A stretch of 64,000 nucleotides of DNA from Candidatus Latescibacterota bacterium. GTDB taxonomy: Bacteria; Krumholzibacteriota; Krumholzibacteriia; WVZY01; JAKEHA01. Below, piece by piece: positions 31,407 through 41,166 of the stretch. Every line of letters starts with the position of its first letter. The first letter of the stretch is position 1. Both the position numbers and the translations under genes were made by a program. The notes under the pieces were generated by a model. The model had not been told where the DNA came from, made no database searches, and saw nothing but the letters and a program-made list of their open reading frames with translations. The DNA lies in the NCBI GenBank assembly GCA_963707635.1, contig OY970173.1, forward strand, positions 256,001 through 320,000, read 5' to 3'.

Positions 31407-32048
31407 TTAAATGTTTTCGACCTGCAGAAAATCCAGTTCGACCGGCGTTTCGCGGCCGAAGATACTCACCAGCACCCGCATCTTCCCGCGTTCGGCGTTG
31501 ATCTCATCCACCACGCCGGTGAAATCGCTGAAGGGGCCGTCCTTGATGCGGATGTGCTCGCCCAGCGTGAAAGGAATCTCCGGGATGATGGTCTGCTTTT
31601 CCTTGTCCATCCGCCCGAGGATGCGCTCGACTTCCGGCTTCGTAAGCGGCTGCGGGCCCGACGACGTGCCGACGAAGCCGGTCACGCCGGGAAGGTCGCT
31701 GACCAGGTGAAACGCTTCGTCCGACATGTTCATCTCGATCAGGATGTAGCTCGGGAAGAACTTCCGGGTCGTGATCGTCTTCTTCCCCTTCTTCATCTCG
31801 GCCACTTCTTCGGTCGGAACGACGATCTGGCCGAAGTGATCCTTGATCGAGGACGCGTTGATCATCTTCTGGATGTTCTCGCGAACCTTGTTCTCGTGGC
31901 CCGAATAGGTGTGAACCACGTACCAGCGCTTGGGGACCGCCGAGGTCTCCGCGCCGGCTCCCGCGTTCCCCGCCACCGACGGCGCTTCGCCCGCGGCGAC
32001 GGTGTCAGCCGTCGTCTCTTCGTGCATGTCCCGGTCTTCGCCCGCCAT
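31407..32048 (-). CDS. nusG: Transcription termination/antitermination factor NusG (start uncertain)
   Basis: WYVVHTYSGHE; KOW GPFSDF; IFGRETPVEL. Confidence 0.97.
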   Translation of the reverse strand: MAGEDRDMHEETTADTVAAGEAPSVAGNAGAGAETSAVPKRWYVVHTYSGHENKVRENIQKMINASSIKDHFGQIVVPTEEVAEMKKGKKTITTRKFFPSYILIEMNMSDEAFHLVSDLPGVTGFVGTSSGPQPLTKPEVERILGRMDKEKQTIIPEIPFTLGEHIRIKDGPFSDFTGVVDEINAERGKMRVLVSIFGRETPVELDFLQVENI

Positions 32049-32080
32049 GTCGAGTTGCTTTCCGTTTCGCACCAGGCGTC

Positions 32081-32266
32081 CTAACCGAATACCAGCTTGA
32101 TGATCCGGCTCAGGATCTGATCCACGACGCCGACGAACACGGTCACGATCAGCGTCGACACGATCACGACCTGCGTGGATTCCCTCAACTCCTGGCGCGA
32201 CGGCCAGGTCACTTTCTTGAGCTCGCTACGCGTGTCGGTCAGGTATGCCTTGATTCGTTCGATCAT
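32081..32266 (-). CDS. secE: Preprotein translocase SecE
   Basis: ELKKVTWP plus one TM helix. Confidence 0.97.
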   Translation of the reverse strand: MIERIKAYLTDTRSELKKVTWPSRQELRESTQVVIVSTLIVTVFVGVVDQILSRIIKLVFG

Positions 32267-32281
32267 AATGTTGGTTTGAGA

Positions 32282-32357
32282 TGGCAGGCCCGGCAGGAAT
32301 CGAACCCGCAACCCCCGCTTTTGGAGAGCGGTGCTCTACCAATTGAGCTACGGACCT
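32282..32357 (-). tRNA. tRNA-Trp(CCA)
   Basis: Cloverleaf AGGTCCG...CT CCA AA...GGTTCGATTCC...CCA. Confidence 0.97.
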
Positions 32358-32366
32358 GCCCGATCC

Positions 32367-32516
32367 CTAGCGTGTTTCCTTATGCTCCGTGTGCCCGTTG
32401 CACCATTTGCAAAACTTCTTATGCGTAATGCGGTCCTGGTGCTTCTTCTTGTTCTTCGTCGTCGAATAATTGCGGCGTTTGCACTTCGCGCACGCCAGCG
32501 TCACGATGTCACGCAT
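32367..32516 (-). CDS. rpmG: 50S ribosomal protein L33 (Zn-ribbon form)
   Basis: Manual translation [49 protein letters not shown]. Confidence 0.97.
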   Translation of the reverse strand: MRDIVTLACAKCKRRNYSTTKNKKKHQDRITHKKFCKWCNGHTEHKETR

Positions 32517-32531
32517 GATCGATCACCGCGC

Positions 32532-33719
<1,188 letters not shown>

Positions 33720-33769
33720 CGATCCGTTCCTTTCCTCTAGATTCCGATTCGCGGTGGTCTGTTATGAGC

Positions 33770-33845
33770 TGGAGCCCTCAACCGGATTTGAACCGGTGAC
33801 CTTTTGCTTACCATGCAAATGCTCTACCGCCTGAGCTACGAGGGC
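33770..33845 (-). tRNA. tRNA-Thr(GGT)
   Basis: GCCCTCG...TTTGC AT GGT AA GCAAA...GGTTCAAATCC...CCA. Confidence 0.96.
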
Positions 33846-33882
33846 GCGACCGTCTGGTTTTGCGAGCGACTCCGCTCGATTC

Positions 33883-33959
33883 TGGAGCGGGAAACGGGAT
33901 TCGAACCCGCGACCCTCAGCTTGGAAGGCTGATGCTCTAGCCAACTGAGCTATTCCCGC
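33883..33959 (-). tRNA. tRNA-Gly(TCC)
   Basis: GCGGGAA...TCAGC CT TCC AA GCTGA...CCA. Confidence 0.97.
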
Positions 33960-33981
33960 CCAACTCGTCCAACACACCATG

Positions 33982-34067
33982 TGGTGGGGAGGGGAGGATT
34001 CGAACCTCCGAAGGCGTACGCCGACAGATTTACAGTCTGTTCCCTTTAGCCACTCGGGAACCTCCCC
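33982..34067 (-). tRNA. tRNA-Tyr(GTA)
   Basis: ACAGA CT GTA AA TCTGT, long variable arm, CCA. Confidence 0.97.
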
Positions 34068-34165
34068 CGAACTCGTTTGCCAAGGTTCTGCGGTGGGGGA
34101 CACGCGCCCCGCGTAGATGATGATTCACCAGCCGGCGCGAGAGGTCCTCGTGGAACCCACGACGA

Positions 34166-34250
34166 TGCGTCTCGCTGCTCCTCGTCACTGGCGTTAAGTA
34201 CGCACTTAAAGCTGTGTGGAGACTCGACGATTTCGCGCGGTCGCGACGCA
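34166..34250 (-). repeat. Interrupted long hairpin in the tRNA-Thr/tRNA-Tyr spacer
   Basis: Nested pairs TGCGTC/GACGCA, TCGTC/GACGA, TTAAGT/ACTTAA. Confidence 0.5.
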
Positions 34251-34258
34251 CGCAATCC

Positions 34259-34333
34259 TGGAGCTGGCGAAGGGAATTGAACCCCCAACCACCTCATTAC
34301 AAATGAGGTGCTCTACCGTTGAGCTACGCCAGC
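34259..34333 (-). tRNA. tRNA-Thr(TGT)
   Basis: GCTGGCG...CCTCA TT TGT AA TGAGG...CCA. Confidence 0.97.
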
Positions 34334-34378
34334 TCGAACCCAGTAACCCCAAACAAAATTTACAGGTAGAGACCGGTG

Positions 34379-34441
34379 ACGATACGAAACCAGCGCCGGC
34401 AGTGTCAAGGCATAAAATACCACACCGCTCGCCGGTGTCAA
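34379..34441 (-). promoter_or_regulatory. Tandem sigma70-type promoters for the tRNA-tuf transcript
   Basis: TTGACA(34441-36)-16-TATTTT and TTGACA(34408-03)-18-TATCGT. Confidence 0.65.
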
Positions 34442-34493
34442 TCCGTCAAGCGTTTTTGTGGAGAACTTCGGGCGGGCCGGGCGACCCGCCGTT

Positions 34494-35927
34494 TCACTTC
34501 TTTCGAACCCGCGCGCCCCCGGCGGTATCCTCGATCAAGTAGCCGGCGGCCAGGATTTGCTTCCGAAGGTCGTCGGCGCGCTGGAAGTCCTTTGTTTTCT
34601 TGGCGCTTATCCTTTCTTCCACCATCGCAAGCACGTCGGCTGGCACCTCCTCGCCCGCCCGCGGCAGCCCATCTCGAAAGAGCCCGAGCACCCGGTCGAA
34701 CAGCTCGAGCGCCGACCAGGCCGCATCCAGCCCGTCCCGGGACCGGGAAACGGCTTCGGCGTGCTCGTCCAGTAGAACGTTGTAAGTCTTTATTAATTCA
34801 AACAGATAGCCAATCGCGCCGGCGCTGTTGAAGTCGTCGTCCATGGCCGCGAGGAAGTTGGCGCTGGCCGATTCGGCGGCTTCTTTCAGCTGTCGGCCCG
34901 CCGGGCTGGTCACCGACGGCCCCTCGCCCAGCCGGGAGCGCAGGTCGTCGATCGACCGGCAGGCGTTCGCCAGGCGTTCGAAGGCCTTCCGCGCGTTCTC
35001 GAGACGCTCCCGCGAGTACTCCATCTGCGAGCGGAAGTGCGTGGAGAGGAGGTAGAACCGGACCACCTGGCCGTCGAACTCGCGCAGCACGTCCTCCATT
35101 GCGAAGAAATGCCCGGTGGACTTCGACATCTTCTGCCCGCGCAAGTTCAAGAGCCCGTTGTGCATCCAGTGGCGGACGAACTCGTGGCCGGTCGCGCACT
35201 CGCTCTGCGCGAGCTCGTTTTCGTGGTGGGGAAAGATGAGATCCTCCCCGCCTCCGTGGAAGTCGAGAGTATCGCCGAGATACTTGGTGGCCATGGCGGA
35301 GCACTCGATGTGCCAGCCCGGCCGTCCCGGTCCCCAGGGGCTGTCCCACGCCGGTTCGCCGGGCTTCGACGCCTTCCAGAGGGCGAAGTCGAGCGGGTCC
35401 TCCTTGGCCTCGCCGATCTCCACGCGCGCGCCCGAGATCAGGTCGTCGATGTCGCGCTTGGAGAGCTTTCCGTAGTCCTTCTTGGTGCGCACCCGGAAAT
35501 AGACGTCCCCGCCGGCGACGTAGGCGTGCCCCTTCGCAATCAACGCCTGCACCATCGCCAGGATCTCGGCAATGTGGTGGGTGGCATAGGGGTAGAGCGT
35601 CGCGGGCTTGATGTTTACCGCTTTCGCGATGCGGTGGTAGGCCTCGATGTTTCGCTCGACGACCGTCCGGTAGTCGACGCCCTCCTGGTTCGCCCGGTCG
35701 ATGATCTTGTCATCGATGTCGGTGAAGTTCTGAACGTAGTTGACGTCGTATCCCCGGTACTCGAGGTAGCGCCGAATCATGTCGCCGGAAACGAACGCCA
35801 GCATGTGCCCCATGTGCGGCTTGTCCTGGACGGTCATACCGCAGACGTACATCCCGACTTTGCCGGGATGGACGGGCACAAAGTCGGACTTCTCCTGCCG
35901 GAGCGTATCGTAAACACGCAGCGCCAT
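34494..35927 (-). CDS. cysS: Cysteine-tRNA ligase
   Basis: MYVCG, HMGH (HIGH variant), GRPGWHIECSAM, KMSKS. Confidence 0.99.
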   Translation of the reverse strand: MALRVYDTLRQEKSDFVPVHPGKVGMYVCGMTVQDKPHMGHMLAFVSGDMIRRYLEYRGYDVNYVQNFTDIDDKIIDRANQEGVDYRTVVERNIEAYHRIAKAVNIKPATLYPYATHHIAEILAMVQALIAKGHAYVAGGDVYFRVRTKKDYGKLSKRDIDDLISGARVEIGEAKEDPLDFALWKASKPGEPAWDSPWGPGRPGWHIECSAMATKYLGDTLDFHGGGEDLIFPHHENELAQSECATGHEFVRHWMHNGLLNLRGQKMSKSTGHFFAMEDVLREFDGQVVRFYLLSTHFRSQMEYSRERLENARKAFERLANACRSIDDLRSRLGEGPSVTSPAGRQLKEAAESASANFLAAMDDDFNSAGAIGYLFELIKTYNVLLDEHAEAVSRSRDGLDAAWSALELFDRVLGLFRDGLPRAGEEVPADVLAMVEERISAKKTKDFQRADDLRKQILAAGYLIEDTAGGARVRKK

Positions 35928-36123
35928 GGCGGGACACTATAGCAGGCGCGCTCGCTCGAAGTAAGGGTCCCGTCTTGCGAGCCGCGGGTGGCGGCCAACG
36001 GGCGCCGGACGGGACTGGCAGAAATATGCCGCGGGTGGCATCGGGTGGCATCGAGACGGGGTCCCCGCGTGGCGAAGCCCGCGGGGTGGCGAGATGACAG
36101 GACCCGCGGCGGAACCGTGGAGG

Positions 36124-37168
36124 TCAGCTGAAGCGAGCGAGGGAGCGGCGCACGATGCGGTCGCACAGCTCGGTGTAGGAGATCCCCACCGCGGCCGCGG
36201 ATTTCGGCACCAGACTCAACGACGTCATGCCCGGCAGCGTATTCGCCTCGAGCATGAAGTGGGCGCCCGCCGGGTCGAGCCGGTAGTCCATGCGCGCATA
36301 GATCGAGAGCCCGAGTGCTGCGAACGCGCGCTGCGACGATTCCACGACCTGGCGCGTCGACTTTCGCGTCCACGGGCGCGGGAACGAGATACTCGGTGTT
36401 GCCCGACTGGTACTTGTGGAAGTAGTCGTACAGTCCCGATTTCGGTCGAATCTCCAGCACGGGGAGCTCGGGCCCGCCTTCGAGGACCGCGTGCGTCAAC
36501 TCCCGGCCTTCGATAAAGCGCTCGATCAGGACCGATCGGTCCGCCTCAAACGCGCGCCGGGCCGCCTCATCGATCTCGCCGAACGATCGGACGACCGTGA
36601 GCCCGACGCTGGATCCCTGCGCGTTCGGTTTCACCACCGCCGGGAGTCCGACGTGCTCCCGGACCTGCTGCTCGAGCGTGCCGGCGGCGAGCGCGGAGCG
36701 CTCGAGGTGGAGCCCGGGAGGGACGGGCACGCCGGCGGCCGCGCAGAGGATCTTCGCGCGCTGCTTGTCCATGGCGAATGCACTCGCCGCCGGGCCGCTT
36801 CCCGTGTACGGAACCCCCAGATACTCGAGCACCGCCTGCACGGTGCCGTCTTCGCCCGCGCCGCCGTGGAGGCCGTTGAAGACCACGTCGATCTTGAACG
36901 CTTCGCGCTGCGCCAGGATTTTCACGAACGCGGCGCGGGCGGTGTGGACGTCGCCGCCGAGCGCCGGCGGCTCCGCCGGGATCGCGCCGCTGCCGAAGAT
37001 CGCCTCGTCGTATTCGGTCGGGGCCACCTCCGGCCGCGCGGGATCCGCGATCAGCACGCGATGGCCCGCGTCGCGCAGCGCCGCCGCGATGCCGCGCGCG
37101 CTCGACAACGACACGTCCCGCTCCGCGGAATCACCGCCGGCGAGAACCAGCACGGTATAGCCTGCCAT
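36124..37168 (-). CDS. ddl: D-alanine-D-alanine ligase; apparent single-base insertion near 36358
   Basis: GGDSAERDVS, LHGGAGEDG, GSSVG; C-terminus ARMDYR..LEANTLPGMT is in track ORF 36124..36345. Confidence 0.94.
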
Positions 37169-37184
37169 GTCGCTCCTGAAACAG

Positions 37185-37228
37185 CGGGCCCGCCGTCACG
37201 CGAATTTCGCTCGGTGTCGGCGGGCCCG
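37185..37228 (-). terminator. Strong hairpin between the lipoprotein gene and ddl
   Basis: CGGGCCCGCCG/CGGCGGGCCCG 11 bp stem, short U tail (CTGTTT). Confidence 0.5.
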
Positions 37229-37252
37229 GTAGGCGTCAACTCGCCGTTTCGA

Positions 37253-37744
37253 CTAGTGGGTATGCCCCGCTTCGCCGGCGTGCTCCTTCACCATGGTCAC
37301 GTTCGCCCCGAAGCCGGCCGCGGCGGCGTTGGTCATCGAAAGCGTGTCGCCCATGGCCGCGAAGTTCAACGTCACGGTCATGGTCGTGTCCCCCACCGCC
37401 TTCTGGAACGACACGTCGACCAGGTTCGCTCCCGCGCCCGTGGCCCAGGTCCCGTTCTCCACCATCGCGGGCTGGTCCGCGCCCATGTCCATGCTCATCA
37501 TGGCGGTGTTGTCGGCATTCAAAGTCAACGTGACCTTGTGCGTCGCCGCGTCGGCCGCCATCAAATCGGCCGAATACGTGCCGGCCATCGGAGACACGGA
37601 CTCCGCCGCGGGGACTTCCTCCGTGGTCGTCTCGGCCTGCTCTGCCTTCTTGCCGCAACCGCCGAGTAGAGTGAGCATCGCCAGCACCGTCAGCGAGCAC
37701 ACTGCCACCGTCCGCCACCGCAGCGTCATCGAATTCATCGACAT
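37253..37744 (-). CDS. Met-rich lipoprotein, NlpE N-terminal-domain-like, His-rich C-terminus
   Basis: Lipobox LLGGC; GTYSADL.AAD...TLTLNADNT...E.GTW pattern; ends EHAGEAGHTH. Confidence 0.65.
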   Translation of the reverse strand: MSMNSMTLRWRTVAVCSLTVLAMLTLLGGCGKKAEQAETTTEEVPAAESVSPMAGTYSADLMAADAATHKVTLTLNADNTAMMSMDMGADQPAMVENGTWATGAGANLVDVSFQKAVGDTTMTVTLNFAAMGDTLSMTNAAAAGFGANVTMVKEHAGEAGHTH

Positions 37745-37969
37745 TTCGTCTCCTTCGCACACGGCCGTTCACGACCGCGCGGTTACTCTCCAATCAACGT
37801 CGCCGCGCGCCCTCATCGAGCCCCCATCTTCGCGCAAACGACGGACGATCCTTCGTCACACCCGATCCTCGACGCCGGTTCGCATTTCTCGGGTTGAGCG
37901 CGCATCCAGGGCTCCGGCGGGCGGGTGCCAATTGACGGCGCCTATCATGCGCAAGCCGGCCCGGGGCGT

Positions 37970-38602
37970 CTACTGTTTTGTTGGGTGCACGAGCACCGCC
38001 AGGATGCCCAGGCCCACGTATACCGACCCGGTGACAATACGGCGCAACCTCGGGAAGCCCCGATCGTTGCGCAGGCGCCCGGCGACCGCGCCGGCCACGG
38101 TCGCGTACACGCTGTCGGTCACGACCCCCATCAGGCTGAACGTCAGCCCGAACAGCGCGATCTGGAGGCGGACCCTGCCCGCCGGGTTCACGAACTGCGG
38201 CAGAAACGCGAAGAAGAAAAGCGCGGTCTTGGGGTTGAGCAGGTTGACCACGATCCCCTCCGCGAACACGCGGCGCAGGCGAACGGCTTCCGGGGCCGCG
38301 TCGTCGAAACGACGGTCCTTCGCTGCCAGGGTGCGGATGCCCAGCAGCGCGAGATAGGCGCCGCCTCCGTAGCGCAGCACGTCGAACGCCCGCGGCGACG
38401 TGGCGAGAATCGCCGACACCCCGAATGTCGCCGCGATCACGAGCACGACGCTCCCCACCGCGAGCCCGAGTGCGGAGACGATCCCCGCCCACCGGCCCTG
38501 ATCGATGCTGCGGGCGACGATGTAGACGACCGCCGGCCCCGGGACGACCAGGAGCGCGAGCGACGCCAGCACGAACAGCATGAACCCGGACGCTTCCGAC
38601 AC
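37970..38602 (-). CDS. LysE/RhtB family translocator
   Basis: VPGP, GGAYL..LG, NLLNPK..LFF.AFLPQF. Confidence 0.93.
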   Translation of the reverse strand: MSEASGFMLFVLASLALLVVPGPAVVYIVARSIDQGRWAGIVSALGLAVGSVVLVIAATFGVSAILATSPRAFDVLRYGGGAYLALLGIRTLAAKDRRFDDAAPEAVRLRRVFAEGIVVNLLNPKTALFFFAFLPQFVNPAGRVRLQIALFGLTFSLMGVVTDSVYATVAGAVAGRLRNDRGFPRLRRIVTGSVYVGLGILAVLVHPTKQ

Positions 38603-38608
38603 GGGCGA

Positions 38609-39820
38609 TTACTCCTCGGGGGGTTTCACGGACCTGAATCCGCGGTAGACCAGCAGGTCGTAGATGATCTTCAGCCCGCCCGCGATGAAGAAGGGCACAC
38701 CCGCCAGCGCCGGATTCCCCATCAGGACGCCGCTCATCGCGGGAGAAATCGAAGCGCCGACCGACCGGGCAATCCCGGTGATTCCGGCCGCCGCCGACCG
38801 CTCATCCGGGTCGACGATCGCCATCGTGTACGACTGGCGCGTCGGCACGTCCATCTGCGAAATGCAGAATCGAGCGAGCAGCACCCCGACGGCGAGCCCG
38901 GCCGACGGCATGAGCGGGACCACGCACAGGAGGACGTTCGACGGCAGATGGGTCACGACCATGGTGTTCACCAGCCCGATGCGCGCGGCGATACGCGCGG
39001 CGAACAGCGCGGAGACTCCCGCCACCAGATTCGCCGCGAAGAACAACGCGCCGAGCGAGGCCAGGTCGAACCCGAAGCGCTGGTGGAACCACAGCGCCAT
39101 CAGACTCTGGATGACGAAACCGCCGCCGAAGGAGTCGAGGGCGAACAGCGTGGAGAGCCGCAGCACCGCGCCACGGGAGCGGTGCAACCCGAAGCGCGCC
39201 CCGGCGCGGGCCGGCGAGCGCGTCTCGATGTCGCGCGAGAGCCGCACGAACATCCCCAGCAACACGACTCCGAACGCCGCGTACGCCCACAGCAGCACGC
39301 GGTACGACCCCAGCGCGTCCATGCCATGCCGCTGCAACGCGTCCGCCGCGACGCCCCCCGCCAGCGCCCCGCCCGCGGTGGCAAACGCGCCCACCAGCAC
39401 ATAACGCGCGAAGACGTGCGTGCGCCGGTCCGGCCGCACCAGCTGCGACAACGACGCCTGCTCGATCGACAGGAACGGCCCTACCTCGTGGCCGCTCGGG
39501 CTGAAGACCCCGATGGTCGCGATCACCGCGATCCACAGCACGTTCTCCGTGGACGCGAACGCGATGCCGCCCACGGCCATCAGCGCCGCGCCCGCCATCA
39601 GCATGCGCCGGCGACCGAGCCGATCCGCCGAGGTGGTGATCAGGAGGGAGACGGCCGCGTCACCCGCGAGGGCGAGCGTGAGCACGAGGCCGATCATCCC
39701 GGCGCTCAGTCCGGCCGCCTCCAGATAGAGCGCGAGGATGACGGAGAGGAACCCGTAGGCGAAGAGCCGCGCCCCGCGCGCGGCGAAGAGCAGGACGACA
39801 TCGGAGGCCGGGCGGGTCAC
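38609..39820 (-). CDS. MFS transporter
   Basis: About 12 hydrophobic segments, motif A ADRLGRRR. Confidence 0.92.
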   Translation of the reverse strand: MTRPASDVVLLFAARGARLFAYGFLSVILALYLEAAGLSAGMIGLVLTLALAGDAAVSLLITTSADRLGRRRMLMAGAALMAVGGIAFASTENVLWIAVIATIGVFSPSGHEVGPFLSIEQASLSQLVRPDRRTHVFARYVLVGAFATAGGALAGGVAADALQRHGMDALGSYRVLLWAYAAFGVVLLGMFVRLSRDIETRSPARAGARFGLHRSRGAVLRLSTLFALDSFGGGFVIQSLMALWFHQRFGFDLASLGALFFAANLVAGVSALFAARIAARIGLVNTMVVTHLPSNVLLCVVPLMPSAGLAVGVLLARFCISQMDVPTRQSYTMAIVDPDERSAAAGITGIARSVGASISPAMSGVLMGNPALAGVPFFIAGGLKIIYDLLVYRGFRSVKPPEE

Positions 39821-39835
39821 CGGTCGCCCCGGTCG

Positions 39836-40372
39836 CTACGACGTACGCTTGAGTTGCAGCTCGAGAAACTGCGTCCAGGTCTTCCCGTCGGCCGAGAATT
39901 CGCCGATCTCGTGCCAGTCACCCTTGGCGTCCGCAATGGTGTAACGGATGCTCCGGCCCGGCATGTCGAACCCCCACTGGAAGGCCCCGTCGTCGAGAAA
40001 TTTCGCCGTCGCCACGATCGACTGCCCGTCCTGCCGGTACGCAACCACGCGATACTGCTTGGCAGCGGCGTCGTAGGAGATCATCGCCACCGCGTGGTGC
40101 ACGACCGCCTGGGATGGGCGCTTGCTCGTGCCGATCCCTTCGACCACGAGCAGGAGTCCGTCGAGACGCGACTCCACCACTTCGGTCTGCGCCACTTCCT
40201 CCGTCGCACCGGGCCCCATGGTCATGACCGCGTCGCCCTTCCACGAGCCCACCAGAAACTTCAATCTTGCCATTGCGGCGACCGCTTCGGCGGAAGGCGC
40301 GGGCGCCTGCGCCATCGCGGCGCCCGCCGCGAACAGAACCACCCCGGCGGCCATCACCCATGCGCGTCTCAT
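39836..40372 (-). CDS. Secreted DUF1579-like beta-barrel protein
   Basis: Signal peptide, L.FLVG.W.G, S.DGKTW; ATG overlaps upstream stop. Confidence 0.7.
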   Translation of the reverse strand: MRRAWVMAAGVVLFAAGAAMAQAPAPSAEAVAAMARLKFLVGSWKGDAVMTMGPGATEEVAQTEVVESRLDGLLLVVEGIGTSKRPSQAVVHHAVAMISYDAAAKQYRVVAYRQDGQSIVATAKFLDDGAFQWGFDMPGRSIRYTIADAKGDWHEIGEFSADGKTWTQFLELQLKRTS

Positions 40373-41166
40373 CGCTTGCCTCCTGCGTAGAATGTCATCG
40401 TGCTCATGTCGCTGTCCCAGGTCCCATCCGAGTTGCGGCGCAGTTCCGTGCCGCGAATGAGCCACCACCCGGTGCGGCGAATGACGATCTGAACATAGCC
40501 GGCCTTGTTGGTTCGCAGTTGCGTCGTCGAGCCATCCGCCCCGCACACTACACCGAGCGCAAGACCTTCCAGTTCGTTTCCCTTCTTCATGACCTTGACG
40601 TTCAGCGTGTCGCCCGCCGCCAGCGACGTCGGGTCGCGGTCGGGCAGGAACTCGACACTCGGTCCCACCGCCTCGAGACACGCACGATCGGCGGGTCCGT
40701 CGCCGACGCGGACAAACGTCTTCGCGTGCTTGGTGTAGGTCTCGTGGAACTTCGCATCCGGGCCCGCGCCCTCCCACGCCTGCCGCAGCGACTCCGACGC
40801 CCCGATCTCGTCGAAGTAGTGCTCCACTTCCTTCGCGTCGAGCTCGACCTCCTTCGGGCGAAAGTCGAGCCACGCGACCGCGACCCCCTCGGTCAGCGGA
40901 CGACCGCGCGCGACGATCGTCGATTCCGCTTTCTCGAAGGATGCGATCTCGCCGCGCTGGCTGCCGAGGCGCCACGCCGCACGCGCCACCGCGGCGGGGT
41001 CCGGCGCGGTCCCGAACGTGGGGAAGTTCGAGCCGGTGGTGGCGTGAAGCTCCAACGGCTGACCGGAGCGCAGAACGTGAGCGTTGGCGACGACCCAGGT
41101 GTCGTACGCCAGCGCGTTACCCGCCCCCAACGAAGCAACCAGGCCGGCCAACATCCATCGTTTCAT
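40369..41166 (-). CDS. Secreted DUF4198-like protein
   Basis: Signal peptide, ETYTKHAKTFV, EFLP..DP..L..GD, TN..G, GWWLI. Confidence 0.75.
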   Translation of the reverse strand: MKRWMLAGLVASLGAGNALAYDTWVVANAHVLRSGQPLELHATTGSNFPTFGTAPDPAAVARAAWRLGSQRGEIASFEKAESTIVARGRPLTEGVAVAWLDFRPKEVELDAKEVEHYFDEIGASESLRQAWEGAGPDAKFHETYTKHAKTFVRVGDGPADRACLEAVGPSVEFLPDRDPTSLAAGDTLNVKVMKKGNELEGLALGVVCGADGSTTQLRTNKAGYVQIVIRRTGWWLIRGTELRRNSDGTWDSDMSTMTFYAGGKR

